IMG/VR virus record: IMGVR_UViG_3300036715_000434
Direction: 5' to 3' (one strand)
Source: an uncultured virus (IMG/VR IMGVR_UViG_3300036715_000434)
Lineage: Duplodnaviria; Heunggongvirae; Uroviricota; Caudoviricetes
Length of the DNA: 64,000 nt
Shown: in pieces, positions 1-9,706 of the stretch
Position numbering within the stretch: position 1 is the stretch's first letter
Layout: every line of letters begins with the position of its first letter
Made by a program: the position numbers and the translations under genes
The notes under the pieces: model-generated
Seen by the model: only the letters and a program-made list of their open reading frames with translations
Database searches by the model: none
Told to the model about the DNA's origin: nothing

Positions 1-328
1 GGGCGCCGCGGTGGCCACCACGCCGACGACTATCCAGTGGTCGCTGGCGTTCGGGCACAACTCGGTGACGATGAACACTACTGAGAGTGGCTCCTTCGCT
101 ACGGCCACCGCTCACGCCCCGCGTCGCGTCGCTCTGGGCTTCCAGTCGGCGGCCATTGCAGCGGCCATTGGTGCGCTATATGCCCCGGACATCTACATGT
201 CCTTTGACTCCCCGATCGTTGTGCGTCCTGGCGAGTTCATTGCCACGCTCATGAAGATCGTGGTCGGAACGGCAACCGCCTCGCAGACCATCACCTACTG
301 CGTCACCTTTGACGGCAACTTCGAGTAA
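1..328 (+). CDS. Beta-rich hypothetical structural protein, probably 5'-truncated by the window edge
   Basis: Frame is open from base 2; Thr/Ala/Gly-rich; first of a run of tightly packed + strand ORFs. Confidence 0.6.
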   Translation, partial: GAAVATTPTTIQWSLAFGHNSVTMNTTESGSFATATAHAPRRVALGFQSAAIAAAIGALYAPDIYMSFDSPIVVRPGEFIATLMKIVVGTATASQTITYCVTFDGNFE

Positions 329-331
329 TCC

Positions 332-1108
332 ATGTCGCTGCTGCTGGCCCTACTCGGGCCTGCTCCCACCATCGTCAGCTTGACAGACACCGGGGTCGGC
401 GCTGACGCGTTGGCCTCGATCTCTGTGGCGGCCGCCTTGACTGACGTGGGCGCCGGCGCTGACTCATTCGGGGGCTCCGCCTCCGTCCCCCTCACAGACA
501 CAGGTCACGGCGCCGACAGCTCGTCGATGACCATCGCGCTCACCCTCACCGATGTTGGGTCGGGGACTGAGGCCCTGACCTTCTCTGCATCTGTCCCCAT
601 CACTGACACGGGATACGGTGCAGAAGCCCTCTCCGCAGCGATTGGCACCGCGATCGCCGACTCAGGGGCAGGAACGGATACCCTGAGCATCGGCGCGCTC
701 CTGGCGCTTGCTGACACTGGCCTCGGCACGGAGGGACTCTCCCTTACCGTGACCCTGAGCCTGGCCGACTTCGGGTCAGGGGTTGACGTAGCCCTGGCCT
801 CGTTGCCATCGACGCTGATCTCCATCGTCGACGCGGCATCGGGTCTTGACTCGATCACCAGTATCTCGGTCAACCTCAACTTGTCCGACGCCGGGCTGGG
901 GAGTGACGCCGTCATGGTGGCCGCGATCCTCGCTCTGCTCGATCAAGCGGTCGGGGTCGATTCGGTCAGCGCCAGTACGTTCGACGACACTCGCATCGTC
1001 TCCCTCGTCCTTACAATGAGAAAGCGACTCGCTCTGGTCGCGTTCTCATCACGCTCCGTTCTGTTCAGCCTAGCGCCTCGCAGGACCCTGTTCACCTTCA
1101 CTACATAG
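332..1108 (+). CDS. Repeat protein with about 11 copies of an ~18-aa (L/I)xDxGxGx(D/E) unit; putative fibre or beta-solenoid virion protein
   Basis: Visible repeats LTDTGVGADAL / LTDVGAGADSF / LTDTGHGADSS / ITDTGYGAEAL etc. Confidence 0.65.
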   Translation: MSLLLALLGPAPTIVSLTDTGVGADALASISVAAALTDVGAGADSFGGSASVPLTDTGHGADSSSMTIALTLTDVGSGTEALTFSASVPITDTGYGAEALSAAIGTAIADSGAGTDTLSIGALLALADTGLGTEGLSLTVTLSLADFGSGVDVALASLPSTLISIVDAASGLDSITSISVNLNLSDAGLGSDAVMVAAILALLDQAVGVDSVSASTFDDTRIVSLVLTMRKRLALVAFSSRSVLFSLAPRRTLFTFTT

Positions 1109-1116
1109 GATTCAAC

Positions 1117-1599
1117 ATGATCCACGAGAAGCCGGTCTACAAGACTCAATGGACCTTGACCAAGTTCGCATCCGACCTGGCCTTCCAGCACGGCTTGCCC
1201 TTCGCGGTTGAGGTCATCGACGGCAACATGCTGCTCAACGAGGGCATCGGGGCTTTGCTCCTGTTGCTCACGGGCGGCGCTGAGACCGCATTCAACAACG
1301 CCAACGCGCGGCTCGGGGTCGGCGATAGCAGCACCGCGGAAGCCGCCTCGCAGACTGACCTCCAGGCCGCCGCGAACAAGACTTACAAGGCGATGCAGTC
1401 CAGCTACCCGCAGATCAGTGCCCAGACCGTTACCTTCCGTGCGGTCTTCGCCAGCGCCGACGCGAACTATGCGTGGAACGAGTTCGTCATCGACAACGGC
1501 GGCAGCGCGCTGAAGACGCTCAACCGCAAGGTGAGCTCGCAAGGCACCAAGGCTTCAGGCCAGACCTGGACCCTCGACGTGGCCGTGACTTTCTCCTGA
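1117..1599 (+). CDS. Structural protein resembling tail-collar/fibre attachment domains (DUF3751-like)
   Basis: LNEG..LL...LGVGD...QTDL...TVTFRAVF...AN..WNE pattern; AGGA RBS upstream. Confidence 0.55.
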   Translation: MIHEKPVYKTQWTLTKFASDLAFQHGLPFAVEVIDGNMLLNEGIGALLLLLTGGAETAFNNANARLGVGDSSTAEAASQTDLQAAANKTYKAMQSSYPQISAQTVTFRAVFASADANYAWNEFVIDNGGSALKTLNRKVSSQGTKASGQTWTLDVAVTFS

Positions 1600-1611
1600 T
1601 CGGAATGAGCC

Positions 1612-1932
1612 ATGCAGACAGTCAATGAAGGGTCGTCGGCATGGCTGACGATTCAGTTCAAGGACAAGTTGGGGGCTCTCGCAGCCCCTACTGCCGTTAC
1701 ATACCGCGTCGATTGCATGACCACGAAAACCAACGTCAGGGCCTCGACGCCGATGAGCCCGCCGTTTGCCGGTCAGATGGAGATCGCACTCACCTCGGGA
1801 GACACGCTGATCCGCAACATCTCGAACGCACAAGAGGTGAAGCGCGTGACGGTCATCGCTGAGTACGGGTCGAGCAATGACCAAGCCACCGCCGAGTATG
1901 ACTACGCGGTCAACAACCTGAAGTTCTACTGA
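1612..1932 (+). CDS. Small Ig/BppU-like beta-sandwich structural protein
   Basis: Alternating beta-strand pattern ending YDYAVNNL; operon context. Confidence 0.5.
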   Translation: MQTVNEGSSAWLTIQFKDKLGALAAPTAVTYRVDCMTTKTNVRASTPMSPPFAGQMEIALTSGDTLIRNISNAQEVKRVTVIAEYGSSNDQATAEYDYAVNNLKFY

Positions 1933-1945
1933 AAGGAACACGATC

Positions 1946-2362
1946 ATGACGAACTACGCCCCGCCCTTCGAGTTGCCAGCGGCACGCATGCTGGCGCTGA
2001 ACGATGCTACCGCCAACGACGAGCGCGTCTACGGCTTCCTGGCTGGCAAGCCGGCCAACTCCGGCAAGCTGCTGCGCATTCCCCTGGCCCACGCCGTCAT
2101 CTTCCCGATCAACTTCGCCGGCTCCGTGGCCAAGGCCTCTGCCAACGCAACTGCGTCGACCGCCATCGACATCCAGAAGAACGGAGTCTCGTGCGGCACG
2201 CTCACGTTCGCTCTGGGCGCCGCGGTCGGCACCTTCGTGACGGCGTCGGGCGTCGCTCAATCGTTTGCAGCTGGTGATGTGCTCGCGTTGATCGGCCCGG
2301 CTGTTGCTGATACGACTCTGGCAGACATCGGCTTCACGCTGGTGGGCCAACTGACCTTCTGA
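1946..2362 (+). CDS. Beta-sandwich structural protein
   Basis: AAGGA RBS; IDIQKNGVS.GTLTF...FAAGDVL pattern. Confidence 0.55.
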   Translation: MTNYAPPFELPAARMLALNDATANDERVYGFLAGKPANSGKLLRIPLAHAVIFPINFAGSVAKASANATASTAIDIQKNGVSCGTLTFALGAAVGTFVTASGVAQSFAAGDVLALIGPAVADTTLADIGFTLVGQLTF

Positions 2363-2367
2363 TCACC

Positions 2368-4806
2368 ATGGCGCTCTATCTCCACATTCACAAAGGCGGT
2401 CGGGTTCGCACGGTTGATATGACCCCACCCAGCTTGAAGGAGCAGTACAAGCAACTGGTGGCCCGGCTCATGGATATCATGGAGCGCCAGTCGACTCACG
2501 ATGACGCCCAGCCTGGCCACCCGTTCTACGGTAACCAGTACACCGACGTGGTTCTGGGGCCGAAGCCGACAGAGGCGAAGTCAAAGGGCGTCAAGAACAT
2601 CGTTCACGAGCTGCTCACGTCGGGCCATCCCTTTTCGTTTGAGGAGCTGAAGGCGGCGACCGGGGCCAAGCTCGACCAGCAGCTGCACAACGCAATCAAC
2701 GAGCTGAAGGCCGGCAAGCACGCAGCCGGGGCTCTCGGCATCGTCAAGATCGGGCCGGGCCAGTACCAAGTGGTGAAGCCCAACGGTGAGGTGGCCAAGG
2801 CGCTGCCCAAGGTCGACCCGGACGCCAAGCTGGTCCCGGCGCCGTTCAAGGATCCGGAAGAGAAGGCCCAGGAGGCGCCGAAAGAAGCCACCCTATCCAA
2901 TCCCCCTGCCGAGGCTCCTCCGATCGCTCCTAGCCCTGCTTCCGCCCCTCCCATGTCGCCTCTGACAGGGGTTGCGAAGGCTCCGGCGACCAAGATGACC
3001 AAGGCCGAAGCCGATAAGGCCTACAACGACCAGATGACGGCTATCCATGAGGAGGCCGCGAGCATGGTATCGAGCGGCGGCCCCCCGTCGAAGGAAGCCG
3101 CGGAGTTCTGGAAGAAGTCGAAGGCCAAGGCGATGGCCCAGTGGAAGGCCGATACGACTGGGGTCGACCAGAAGCCACTCCCTGTCGAGGTCTTCAAGGA
3201 GGATGAAGACCTCGTCTACGACCTGGCCCTCGCCTATGAGGCCAAGCCAGCACTGGTGCAGCAGAAGGTCGCGGAAGCGATGGCCAAGTGGAAGCAGAAC
3301 ACCCACGTGGCCAAGTTAGGCAAGGCGGCCACGCAGGCTGCCGCGGTTGAGGCCCCCAAGGCCGCCGTCAAGGCAAAGGAGCCAGAGGCGCCGGCCGCCA
3401 AGATCACGTCTGAGGCCCTTGCCGGGCCGTTGTCGTTTGAGGCCCCGAAGTCTTTCGTACCAGAAGGCCACAAGGGAATCACCACCGACGACTTTGTCAC
3501 TCAGCCAGGCCAATCGGAGTCTGGTTACGTGAAAGGCATCGCAGAACTTCACGAGAAGCTGCATGCGAGTGCCTCCGATCCGGTCAGCAACAAGATCGCG
3601 GTGCAGCATAGGTTGGAAAAGAGGTTGAAGGCTTCGCCTCACTTCCAGAACATGCAGCAGCAATACGTCAGCACGCACGCTTTTGGTGGTTCACTCGAAG
3701 CAGCCATCATCTCGTGTTGGGCTGGTAGCTCAGGAGACTCCGACGACCGGGCTGTCTCTGCGCAGCTGGCCTGCCGTGATGTATTCGGCATGGACCCAAG
3801 CAAGACCGAGACCAAGGCCTTTGGCTCACTGCAGTACTTCAACGGCGACGAAGATGCAGTGCACAAGAAGGCGGCCAATGAGTATGGGATCGACGTATCG
3901 ACCCCGGTCAAGTTGGAGTCGTACAAGAAGGGCATGCAGGACTTCATGCTGGCCCAGTATCACGAGACGCAGGACCACCTGGCGAAGCTGGGCGTTAAGG
4001 AGCTGCACCTCATTCGGGGCATGAAGTTCGGGGCTGGCGGCGATCCGGCCAAGATGGTCAACCTCAAGCTGCAGCCCGCCTCGTCGTTCAGCACGGAGCA
4101 TAGCACAGCCGATGGCTTCTCCGGGGGTCACTCGTTGTTCGTGGTCAAGGTGCCGGCGAGTCAGGTGCTGGGATCCTTCTGCACGGGCTACGGCTGCACG
4201 GACGAGTCTGAGGTGGTCGTGCTCAACCACGAGAACTTGAAGGCCATCCAGATTGGATCGCTCGTCGGCCCTACCGCCACGCAGATGTCGTCGCACATCA
4301 ATCAATACGCCCACAATATCAACGGCACCCCGGGACCTGTCGGCAAGGCGGAGAAGGCCATTCACGAGAGCCAGAAGGCCGCTGCCCCACCCGCCGCCCC
4401 AACTCCTTCTGCATACTCTGGCTCTGTGCCGCCGCAGCCCGTTGGCACCGGAACACTCGCAAAGAAGGCGTTCCTGTACGCCGAGGCCGGGGACCTTGCC
4501 GGGCTCAAGGCGCACTTGGCCAGCATGGCCGATAAGACCGGCGTCCCGAAGACCAAGAAGTACACCAAGGAGTTGATCGCGAAGATGGAGGCGAAGCAGC
4601 TCAAGGTCTCCAAACCCACCCCGGTGACTGCAGAGGGGGTCAAGAAGAACGCGCACTACTACAAGAAGTTGAAGGAGTCTGTATTCAACCACCCAATGCA
4701 CACCGGCGTGCTGTATGACGCGTTGAAGAAAGCCGGCTATACCAACGAGCAGGTCCTGTCGACCTACAAGAAAGCCCACGTGAACCAATACGGAGAGCCC
4801 CTATGA
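2368..4806 (+). CDS. Large putative capsid-internal protein with a wHTH-like segment and an R-S-E clade ADP-ribosyltransferase domain
   Basis: GHPFYGNQY motif; LIRG ... SSFS ... ESEVVVL triad; located upstream of portal. Confidence 0.65.
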   Translation: MALYLHIHKGGRVRTVDMTPPSLKEQYKQLVARLMDIMERQSTHDDAQPGHPFYGNQYTDVVLGPKPTEAKSKGVKNIVHELLTSGHPFSFEELKAATGAKLDQQLHNAINELKAGKHAAGALGIVKIGPGQYQVVKPNGEVAKALPKVDPDAKLVPAPFKDPEEKAQEAPKEATLSNPPAEAPPIAPSPASAPPMSPLTGVAKAPATKMTKAEADKAYNDQMTAIHEEAASMVSSGGPPSKEAAEFWKKSKAKAMAQWKADTTGVDQKPLPVEVFKEDEDLVYDLALAYEAKPALVQQKVAEAMAKWKQNTHVAKLGKAATQAAAVEAPKAAVKAKEPEAPAAKITSEALAGPLSFEAPKSFVPEGHKGITTDDFVTQPGQSESGYVKGIAELHEKLHASASDPVSNKIAVQHRLEKRLKASPHFQNMQQQYVSTHAFGGSLEAAIISCWAGSSGDSDDRAVSAQLACRDVFGMDPSKTETKAFGSLQYFNGDEDAVHKKAANEYGIDVSTPVKLESYKKGMQDFMLAQYHETQDHLAKLGVKELHLIRGMKFGAGGDPAKMVNLKLQPASSFSTEHSTADGFSGGHSLFVVKVPASQVLGSFCTGYGCTDESEVVVLNHENLKAIQIGSLVGPTATQMSSHINQYAHNINGTPGPVGKAEKAIHESQKAAAPPAAPTPSAYSGSVPPQPVGTGTLAKKAFLYAEAGDLAGLKAHLASMADKTGVPKTKKYTKELIAKMEAKQLKVSKPTPVTAEGVKKNAHYYKKLKESVFNHPMHTGVLYDALKKAGYTNEQVLSTYKKAHVNQYGEPL

Positions 4807-5066
4807 CCCGCTACAAGCACCATGGCAACCGCGTGGTCACTCGCGATTCCAACGAGCCCGAGACCGTCAGCATTGACGCCGACCTGGCTAGCGCAGACTG
4901 GACCAAACAGAGCTGGGACCTGCCTCCTTATAAGTCGCCTGAGTTCATGGCTCTATTCCCCGACCTCGCGTCGTTCAGAAAGAGCCCCGTCTACAATCAT
5001 GCTGTTGCGGCCGGCCTCATCATGGACGATGAGTGGATGGCTGACCACGTCGAACCACACAACTAG
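4803..5066 (+). CDS. Hypothetical protein translationally coupled to the ART gene
   Basis: ATGA overlap with upstream stop; GGAGAG RBS. Confidence 0.65.
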   Translation: MTRYKHHGNRVVTRDSNEPETVSIDADLASADWTKQSWDLPPYKSPEFMALFPDLASFRKSPVYNHAVAAGLIMDDEWMADHVEPHN

Positions 5067-5073
5067 GCCTGAC

Positions 5074-5820
5074 ATGACCAAACGAGTTCACATCTACATG
5101 GGCGGCCGTGGCGGCGGCAAGGCCTTCAAGGCCAAGGACGCAGGCTTTGACGAGTCGAGCGTCAAGCGCGACGAAGGCGGCAAGTTCTCGGCGCAGCAGC
5201 ATCAGGCCGCGGCAAGCCAGCACAGCGCGACCGCGGCCAAGCACCCCGATAAGCAGGTGGCCAAGGCCCACGCGGACGCTGCTCAGGCTCACACGCTGGC
5301 CGCCCAGCACATCGCCGCGCAGACCGGCTGGCAGGAGCACAACGCCCAGAAGGCACACAACGCGACCAAGGCCGCAGAGCAGGCTGAAGCCAATGCCGGA
5401 GGGGCTGCCAATGCCGAGCAACTGAAGGCCGTGGCCGCTGATCCCTCCAAGCCTCTGGCTGCTCGTGCCGACGCCGTGAAGCAACTTGAGGCGATGCAGG
5501 CCCAGGCTGACGCGGTCGCCGGATCCCCGCTCGCGGTGCCCCAACCGAAGCCCGCCACTCCTGCGCCTGGCCAACTGAACATCTCACCAGCCATGAAGGT
5601 CAAGTTGGCCGGCAAGCTCAAGCCGGCCGCCAGCCCTGGTGTGATGGCTCCGGCTTACAACGCCAAGGGGGAGAAGACCACTGTTTCAATCCCAGGCGCG
5701 CGGGGCCCACTGAAAGCCTCACCGGCCATGAAGCAGAAGCTCGCGGGTGCTTGGGGATCGGCCTACAACTCCAAGGGCCAACAGACGCAGGTCTGGATCC
5801 CCACCAAAGAGGACGAATAA
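5074..5820 (+). CDS. Ala/Lys/Gln-rich putative internal head protein with a KRDEGGKF motif
   Basis: Start refined to ATG 5074 (MTKRVHIY); FDESSVKRDEGGKFS resembles HPRDxxGxF motifs of head-associated proteins. Confidence 0.6.
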   Translation: MTKRVHIYMGGRGGGKAFKAKDAGFDESSVKRDEGGKFSAQQHQAAASQHSATAAKHPDKQVAKAHADAAQAHTLAAQHIAAQTGWQEHNAQKAHNATKAAEQAEANAGGAANAEQLKAVAADPSKPLAARADAVKQLEAMQAQADAVAGSPLAVPQPKPATPAPGQLNISPAMKVKLAGKLKPAASPGVMAPAYNAKGEKTTVSIPGARGPLKASPAMKQKLAGAWGSAYNSKGQQTQVWIPTKEDE

Positions 5821-5823
5821 CCA

Positions 5824-7356
5824 ATGGCCCGCGTATCAGTCAAAGGCGTGGCCAAGGCCGCGCTGCGTGAAGACGCCAAGACCCGAATCAAGCTTGCCAC
5901 GCCCACCAAGGACGGAGCCCCATCCCTCGGAGCGGCCACCAACGACTCGTTCGTCAACTTCTCCATGAAGCTGGGTGTTGGCGCCGACAACTCGCTCTCA
6001 AGTTCAGCCTACGGCTTCAACCCCATCACGCGGCTGAAGACCCAGCTTGAGTGGATTCACCGGGGATCGTGGCTTGGTGGCCTGGCCGTCGACGTGGTTG
6101 CAGATGACATGACCCGTGCCGGCATCGAGTACATCACCGAGCTCGATCCTGAACAGAGTGAGCGCATGGACCGCAAGGCCACAAGCTCCGGAACCTGGCA
6201 CCAGATCAACGAGACGATCAAGTGGGGCCGCTTGTATGGTGGCTGCATTGCGGTCGCGCTGATCGACGGGCAAGACATGCGCACCCCTCTGCGAATCGAC
6301 ACTGTGGGCCCTCGTCAATACAAGGGCCTGCTCGCGCTTGACCGGTGGATGGTCGAACCAACGCTTGAAGACCTCGTCACTGACTTCGGGCCGAATCTCG
6401 GCATGCCGAAGTACTACCGGGTGAATCAGGCGGCTCCTGCTCTGCGGGGCGCGGCCGTTCATCACTCACGCGTGATGGTGAGGCACGTCGGTGTGAGCCT
6501 GCCGTACCAGCAGCGGTTGATGGAGAACCTGTGGGGCCTGTCAGTCATCGAACGGCTCTACGATCGCATGATCGCGTTCGACTCGGCCTCGACGGGCGCC
6601 GCGCAGCTGGTCTACAAGTCGTACCTGCGCACGCTCTCCGTCGCTGGTCTGCGTGACATCGTCGCCGCTGGTGGGGCTCCTTTGACGGGCCTCACCTCCT
6701 ACGTCGACATGATGCGCCGCTTCCAGGGCATCGAGGGCATCACGGTCATCGACGCAGAAGACAAGTTCGAGGTGCAGACCTCGCAGGCCTTCTCCGGCCT
6801 GTCTGATGCCCTTGTTCAGTTCGGGCAGCAGCTCTCCGGCGCGTTGCAGATCCCGCTGGTGCGGCTCTTCGGCCAATCGCCCGCGGGCTTGAACTCGACC
6901 GGCGAGTCGGACCTGCGCATGTACTACGACCACATCAACCAGCTTCAGATGTCGGACCTGCACGAAGGGGTTACCACGATCTACAAGCTGATCGCTCGGT
7001 CGGAAGGATTTGAACTTCCGCAGAACTTTCAACTTGGCTTCAAGTCTCTGTGGCAGCTGAAGGACGAAGAGAAGGCCAACATTGCGAAGACCAACGCCGA
7101 CACGGTGAATGCCGTCCTTGAGGCTGGCGTGATCAGCCCGCAGACCGCGCTGAAGGAACTGCGCCAGGCGTCGAGGCAGACCGGGGTCTTCACTAACGTC
7201 ACTCGACGCATGATCGACGAGGCCGACGACCAAGTCGCTCCCCCGCCAGCAGAAGACGCCATGCCAGGCGCATCAGGAGCCCCGCCAATGGCCTCCCCGG
7301 ATGCAGGTGGGCCTACCCCCACCCCAGAAGAAAAGCCGGGCTTCCAGGCGCAATAG
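5824..7356 (+). CDS. Portal protein (DUF1073 family)
   Basis: SWL...VDVVADDMTRAG, WGRLYGG, IPLVRLFGQSPAGLNSTGESDLRMYYD motifs. Confidence 0.92.
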   Translation: MARVSVKGVAKAALREDAKTRIKLATPTKDGAPSLGAATNDSFVNFSMKLGVGADNSLSSSAYGFNPITRLKTQLEWIHRGSWLGGLAVDVVADDMTRAGIEYITELDPEQSERMDRKATSSGTWHQINETIKWGRLYGGCIAVALIDGQDMRTPLRIDTVGPRQYKGLLALDRWMVEPTLEDLVTDFGPNLGMPKYYRVNQAAPALRGAAVHHSRVMVRHVGVSLPYQQRLMENLWGLSVIERLYDRMIAFDSASTGAAQLVYKSYLRTLSVAGLRDIVAAGGAPLTGLTSYVDMMRRFQGIEGITVIDAEDKFEVQTSQAFSGLSDALVQFGQQLSGALQIPLVRLFGQSPAGLNSTGESDLRMYYDHINQLQMSDLHEGVTTIYKLIARSEGFELPQNFQLGFKSLWQLKDEEKANIAKTNADTVNAVLEAGVISPQTALKELRQASRQTGVFTNVTRRMIDEADDQVAPPPAEDAMPGASGAPPMASPDAGGPTPTPEEKPGFQAQ

Positions 7357-7366
7357 GAGAAAGTAG

Positions 7367-8113
7367 ATGGCCAAGCTGGACCGCAAGGGCAAGAGGGCCA
7401 AGTGGACCAAGGCACGCAACGGCGAGCGCGCGTACAACTCCGCACTTAGGTCAGTTGCGAAGCAGGTGGGGGCCATCGTCAAGGGCATGGCCCCCAAAGG
7501 CGTTTTGACGAACGTAAAACCTCTGCTCAAGGCTTTGACCGACTACGCGAAACTAATCGAGCCTTGGGCCGGTTCCGTGGCAGGAATGATGCTTGCTGAT
7601 GTGGCCCGGCGTGACAAGCAGATGTGGTTCAAGACTTCACAGGAGATGGGCACGGAGATGCGCCAGCTGTTGACCAGCGACGCGCCCGTGAGCCAGGCTC
7701 TTGCGGGCCTCCAGGCTGAACAGGTCGCACTCATCAAGTCTCTGCCACTAGAAGCGGCGGAGCGCGTCCACTCGCTTTCACTACAATCCCTCATTGAATC
7801 TCGTCGAGCTTCTGAAGTAGCAGCCGAGATCATGCGAACTGAATCGGTCACGGAAGGCCGAGCCAGGCTGATAGCAAGGACCGAAGTGGCCCGCGCTGCA
7901 TCGAACCTAACGCAGGCTAGGTCTCAGTACGCAGGATCTGACGGCTACATTTGGAGAACGTCGGGTGACATGAATGTGCGCGAGTCGCACGACAAGATGG
8001 AAGGCAAGTATGTACGTTGGTCGAACCCGCCTACGCTCGATGGTCTTGTGGGCCACGCAGGCACTCTGCCTAACTGCCGCTGCTTCGCCGAGCCGATCTT
8101 TCCTAACGATTGA
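7367..8113 (+). CDS. Head morphogenesis protein (MuF / SPP1 gp7 family)
   Basis: RARLIARTE, YIWRTSGD..VRESH, HAG..PNCRC motifs. Confidence 0.92.
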   Translation: MAKLDRKGKRAKWTKARNGERAYNSALRSVAKQVGAIVKGMAPKGVLTNVKPLLKALTDYAKLIEPWAGSVAGMMLADVARRDKQMWFKTSQEMGTEMRQLLTSDAPVSQALAGLQAEQVALIKSLPLEAAERVHSLSLQSLIESRRASEVAAEIMRTESVTEGRARLIARTEVARAASNLTQARSQYAGSDGYIWRTSGDMNVRESHDKMEGKYVRWSNPPTLDGLVGHAGTLPNCRCFAEPIFPND

Positions 8114-8126
8114 AGAGGGCCGATTC

Positions 8127-9674
8127 ATGGGCATCAAATGGAACCGCCGCCGTCTCACGCGGGATCGCGCTGACACGGCGACTGAGGTCTTCACGACCCA
8201 GAAGCTAGGAGCCAAGCAGTCGAAGACTCCGGAAGGCTTCCTGCTCTGCGAGGACGTGCCTATCGCCAGGATCGGCGACATGGTCTACGGGCCTCAGGAA
8301 ACGCCCATCGCGGCGGGTAAGGATGGCCGGGCTACGATCACTCGCGACGCAGAGGCTCTGTTCTCCAAGTCGGCCGTGTCGAGTTACCAAGGCAAGCCCG
8401 TGGTCAACGATCACCCCGATGTCGACGTGAACCCTTCCAACTGGAAGACGTTCGCTGTGGGCATCTGTATGAACCCACGTCGAGGAGTTGGAGACGACTC
8501 CGATGTGATGCTAGCCGACCTGTTGATTACGGACGCTGACACGATCCGTGACGTGCTGGCCGGCAAGCGAGAAGTGTCTGCTGGTTACGAGGCTGACTAC
8601 GAACAGACCGGGGAGGGTCAAGGTCGTCAGACCAATATAATCGGCAATCATGTTGCGCTGGTCGAAAGAGGTCGCTGTGGCCCGCGCTGTGCAATCGGCG
8701 ACCATCATCCAACCTCCTTGAAGGAGAACTCAATGAAGCATAAGACGCGGCGGATTGTTTCCGATGCGGTCAAAGAAGCCGTGCGGCGCTCTTTCAAGGA
8801 CGCGGAAGAAGCGGCCCTGGAACAGCTCGGCAACTCCGGCATTCCTGACGGCGACGAACCCGGCGAAGAGCCCGACGGTGATGAGACCGACGGCAACCAC
8901 ACCCACATCCACATCCATTCGGGTGAAGCTGGCGGCACCCCCGCTAGTGGTGCCCCCGCTAGTGGTGCCCCCGCTAGTGGTGCCCCCGCTAGTGGTGCCC
9001 CCGCTAGTGGTAGGACCCCCGAGGAGCGCTTGACGGTCCTGGAAGGTCAGATGGCCCAGATCCTCGCCATCCTTCAAGGCGGTGACGAAGGTGGCGAACA
9101 GCTTCCGGCGGAAGGCGAACGGTCTCCCGCAGCGCCTGAAGACGTGACGCAAGACGAGATGGGCAACACCGGCACCGTCAAGCTGCCCGACTCCGGTGAC
9201 TCCGGCGAAGCGGGCGACATGTCGAACGTCAAGACCGGTGATCGCAAGGCCACCAACGACTCGGCCGGCCTGGAGACTTCGTTCCGTCAGCTCTTGAGCG
9301 ACGCCGAGATCCTGCTGCCTGGCTTCCGCATGCCGACCTTCGACGCGAAGACCACGCGCCAGAAGACCGTCGACAACATGTGCGCTCTGCGCAAGCAAGT
9401 GCTGAGCTCGGTCTACATCACCGCTGACGGCAAGGCGCTGGTCGACTCCGTGGCCGGGGTCGCTGACGTGAACCTCAGCAAGCAGGATTGCGCCCAGACT
9501 GCAGTGCTCTTCCGCGCCGCGGCCGGGGCCAAGAAACTCCTCAACAACCGGACCTCTGTGGGCGACACCGCTCACCGCGTTCCGACCCCCTCTGGTGCAC
9601 CGTCGCAGGCAACCTCGTTGTCTTCGCTGAATGCCCAGAACAAAGCGTTCTGGGCCTCCCAGGGCAAGAAGTGA
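8127..9674 (+). CDS. Prohead protease/scaffold (DUF2213 family)
   Basis: TPEGFL...VPIARIG, GKPVVNDHP, EVSAGY, NHVALVERGRCG; start refined to ATG 8127. Confidence 0.88.
   Translation: MGIKWNRRRLTRDRADTATEVFTTQKLGAKQSKTPEGFLLCEDVPIARIGDMVYGPQETPIAAGKDGRATITRDAEALFSKSAVSSYQGKPVVNDHPDVDVNPSNWKTFAVGICMNPRRGVGDDSDVMLADLLITDADTIRDVLAGKREVSAGYEADYEQTGEGQGRQTNIIGNHVALVERGRCGPRCAIGDHHPTSLKENSMKHKTRRIVSDAVKEAVRRSFKDAEEAALEQLGNSGIPDGDEPGEEPDGDETDGNHTHIHIHSGEAGGTPASGAPASGAPASGAPASGAPASGRTPEERLTVLEGQMAQILAILQGGDEGGEQLPAEGERSPAAPEDVTQDEMGNTGTVKLPDSGDSGEAGDMSNVKTGDRKATNDSAGLETSFRQLLSDAEILLPGFRMPTFDAKTTRQKTVDNMCALRKQVLSSVYITADGKALVDSVAGVADVNLSKQDCAQTAVLFRAAAGAKKLLNNRTSVGDTAHRVPTPSGAPSQATSLSSLNAQNKAFWASQGKK
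8938..9011 (+). repeat. 15-bp tandem repeat x5 (CCCCCGCTAGTGGTG) encoding PASGA
   Basis: Directly visible; last copy lacks its final base. Confidence 0.95.
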
Positions 9675-9706
9675 TCCGCCCCCACCTTTCCAAAGGAATC
9701 ATCAAC

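Noticed and set aside
8938..9011. Tandem repeat as a CRISPR array
   Set aside because: 15-bp units with no spacers, in frame within a CDS; no cas genes.
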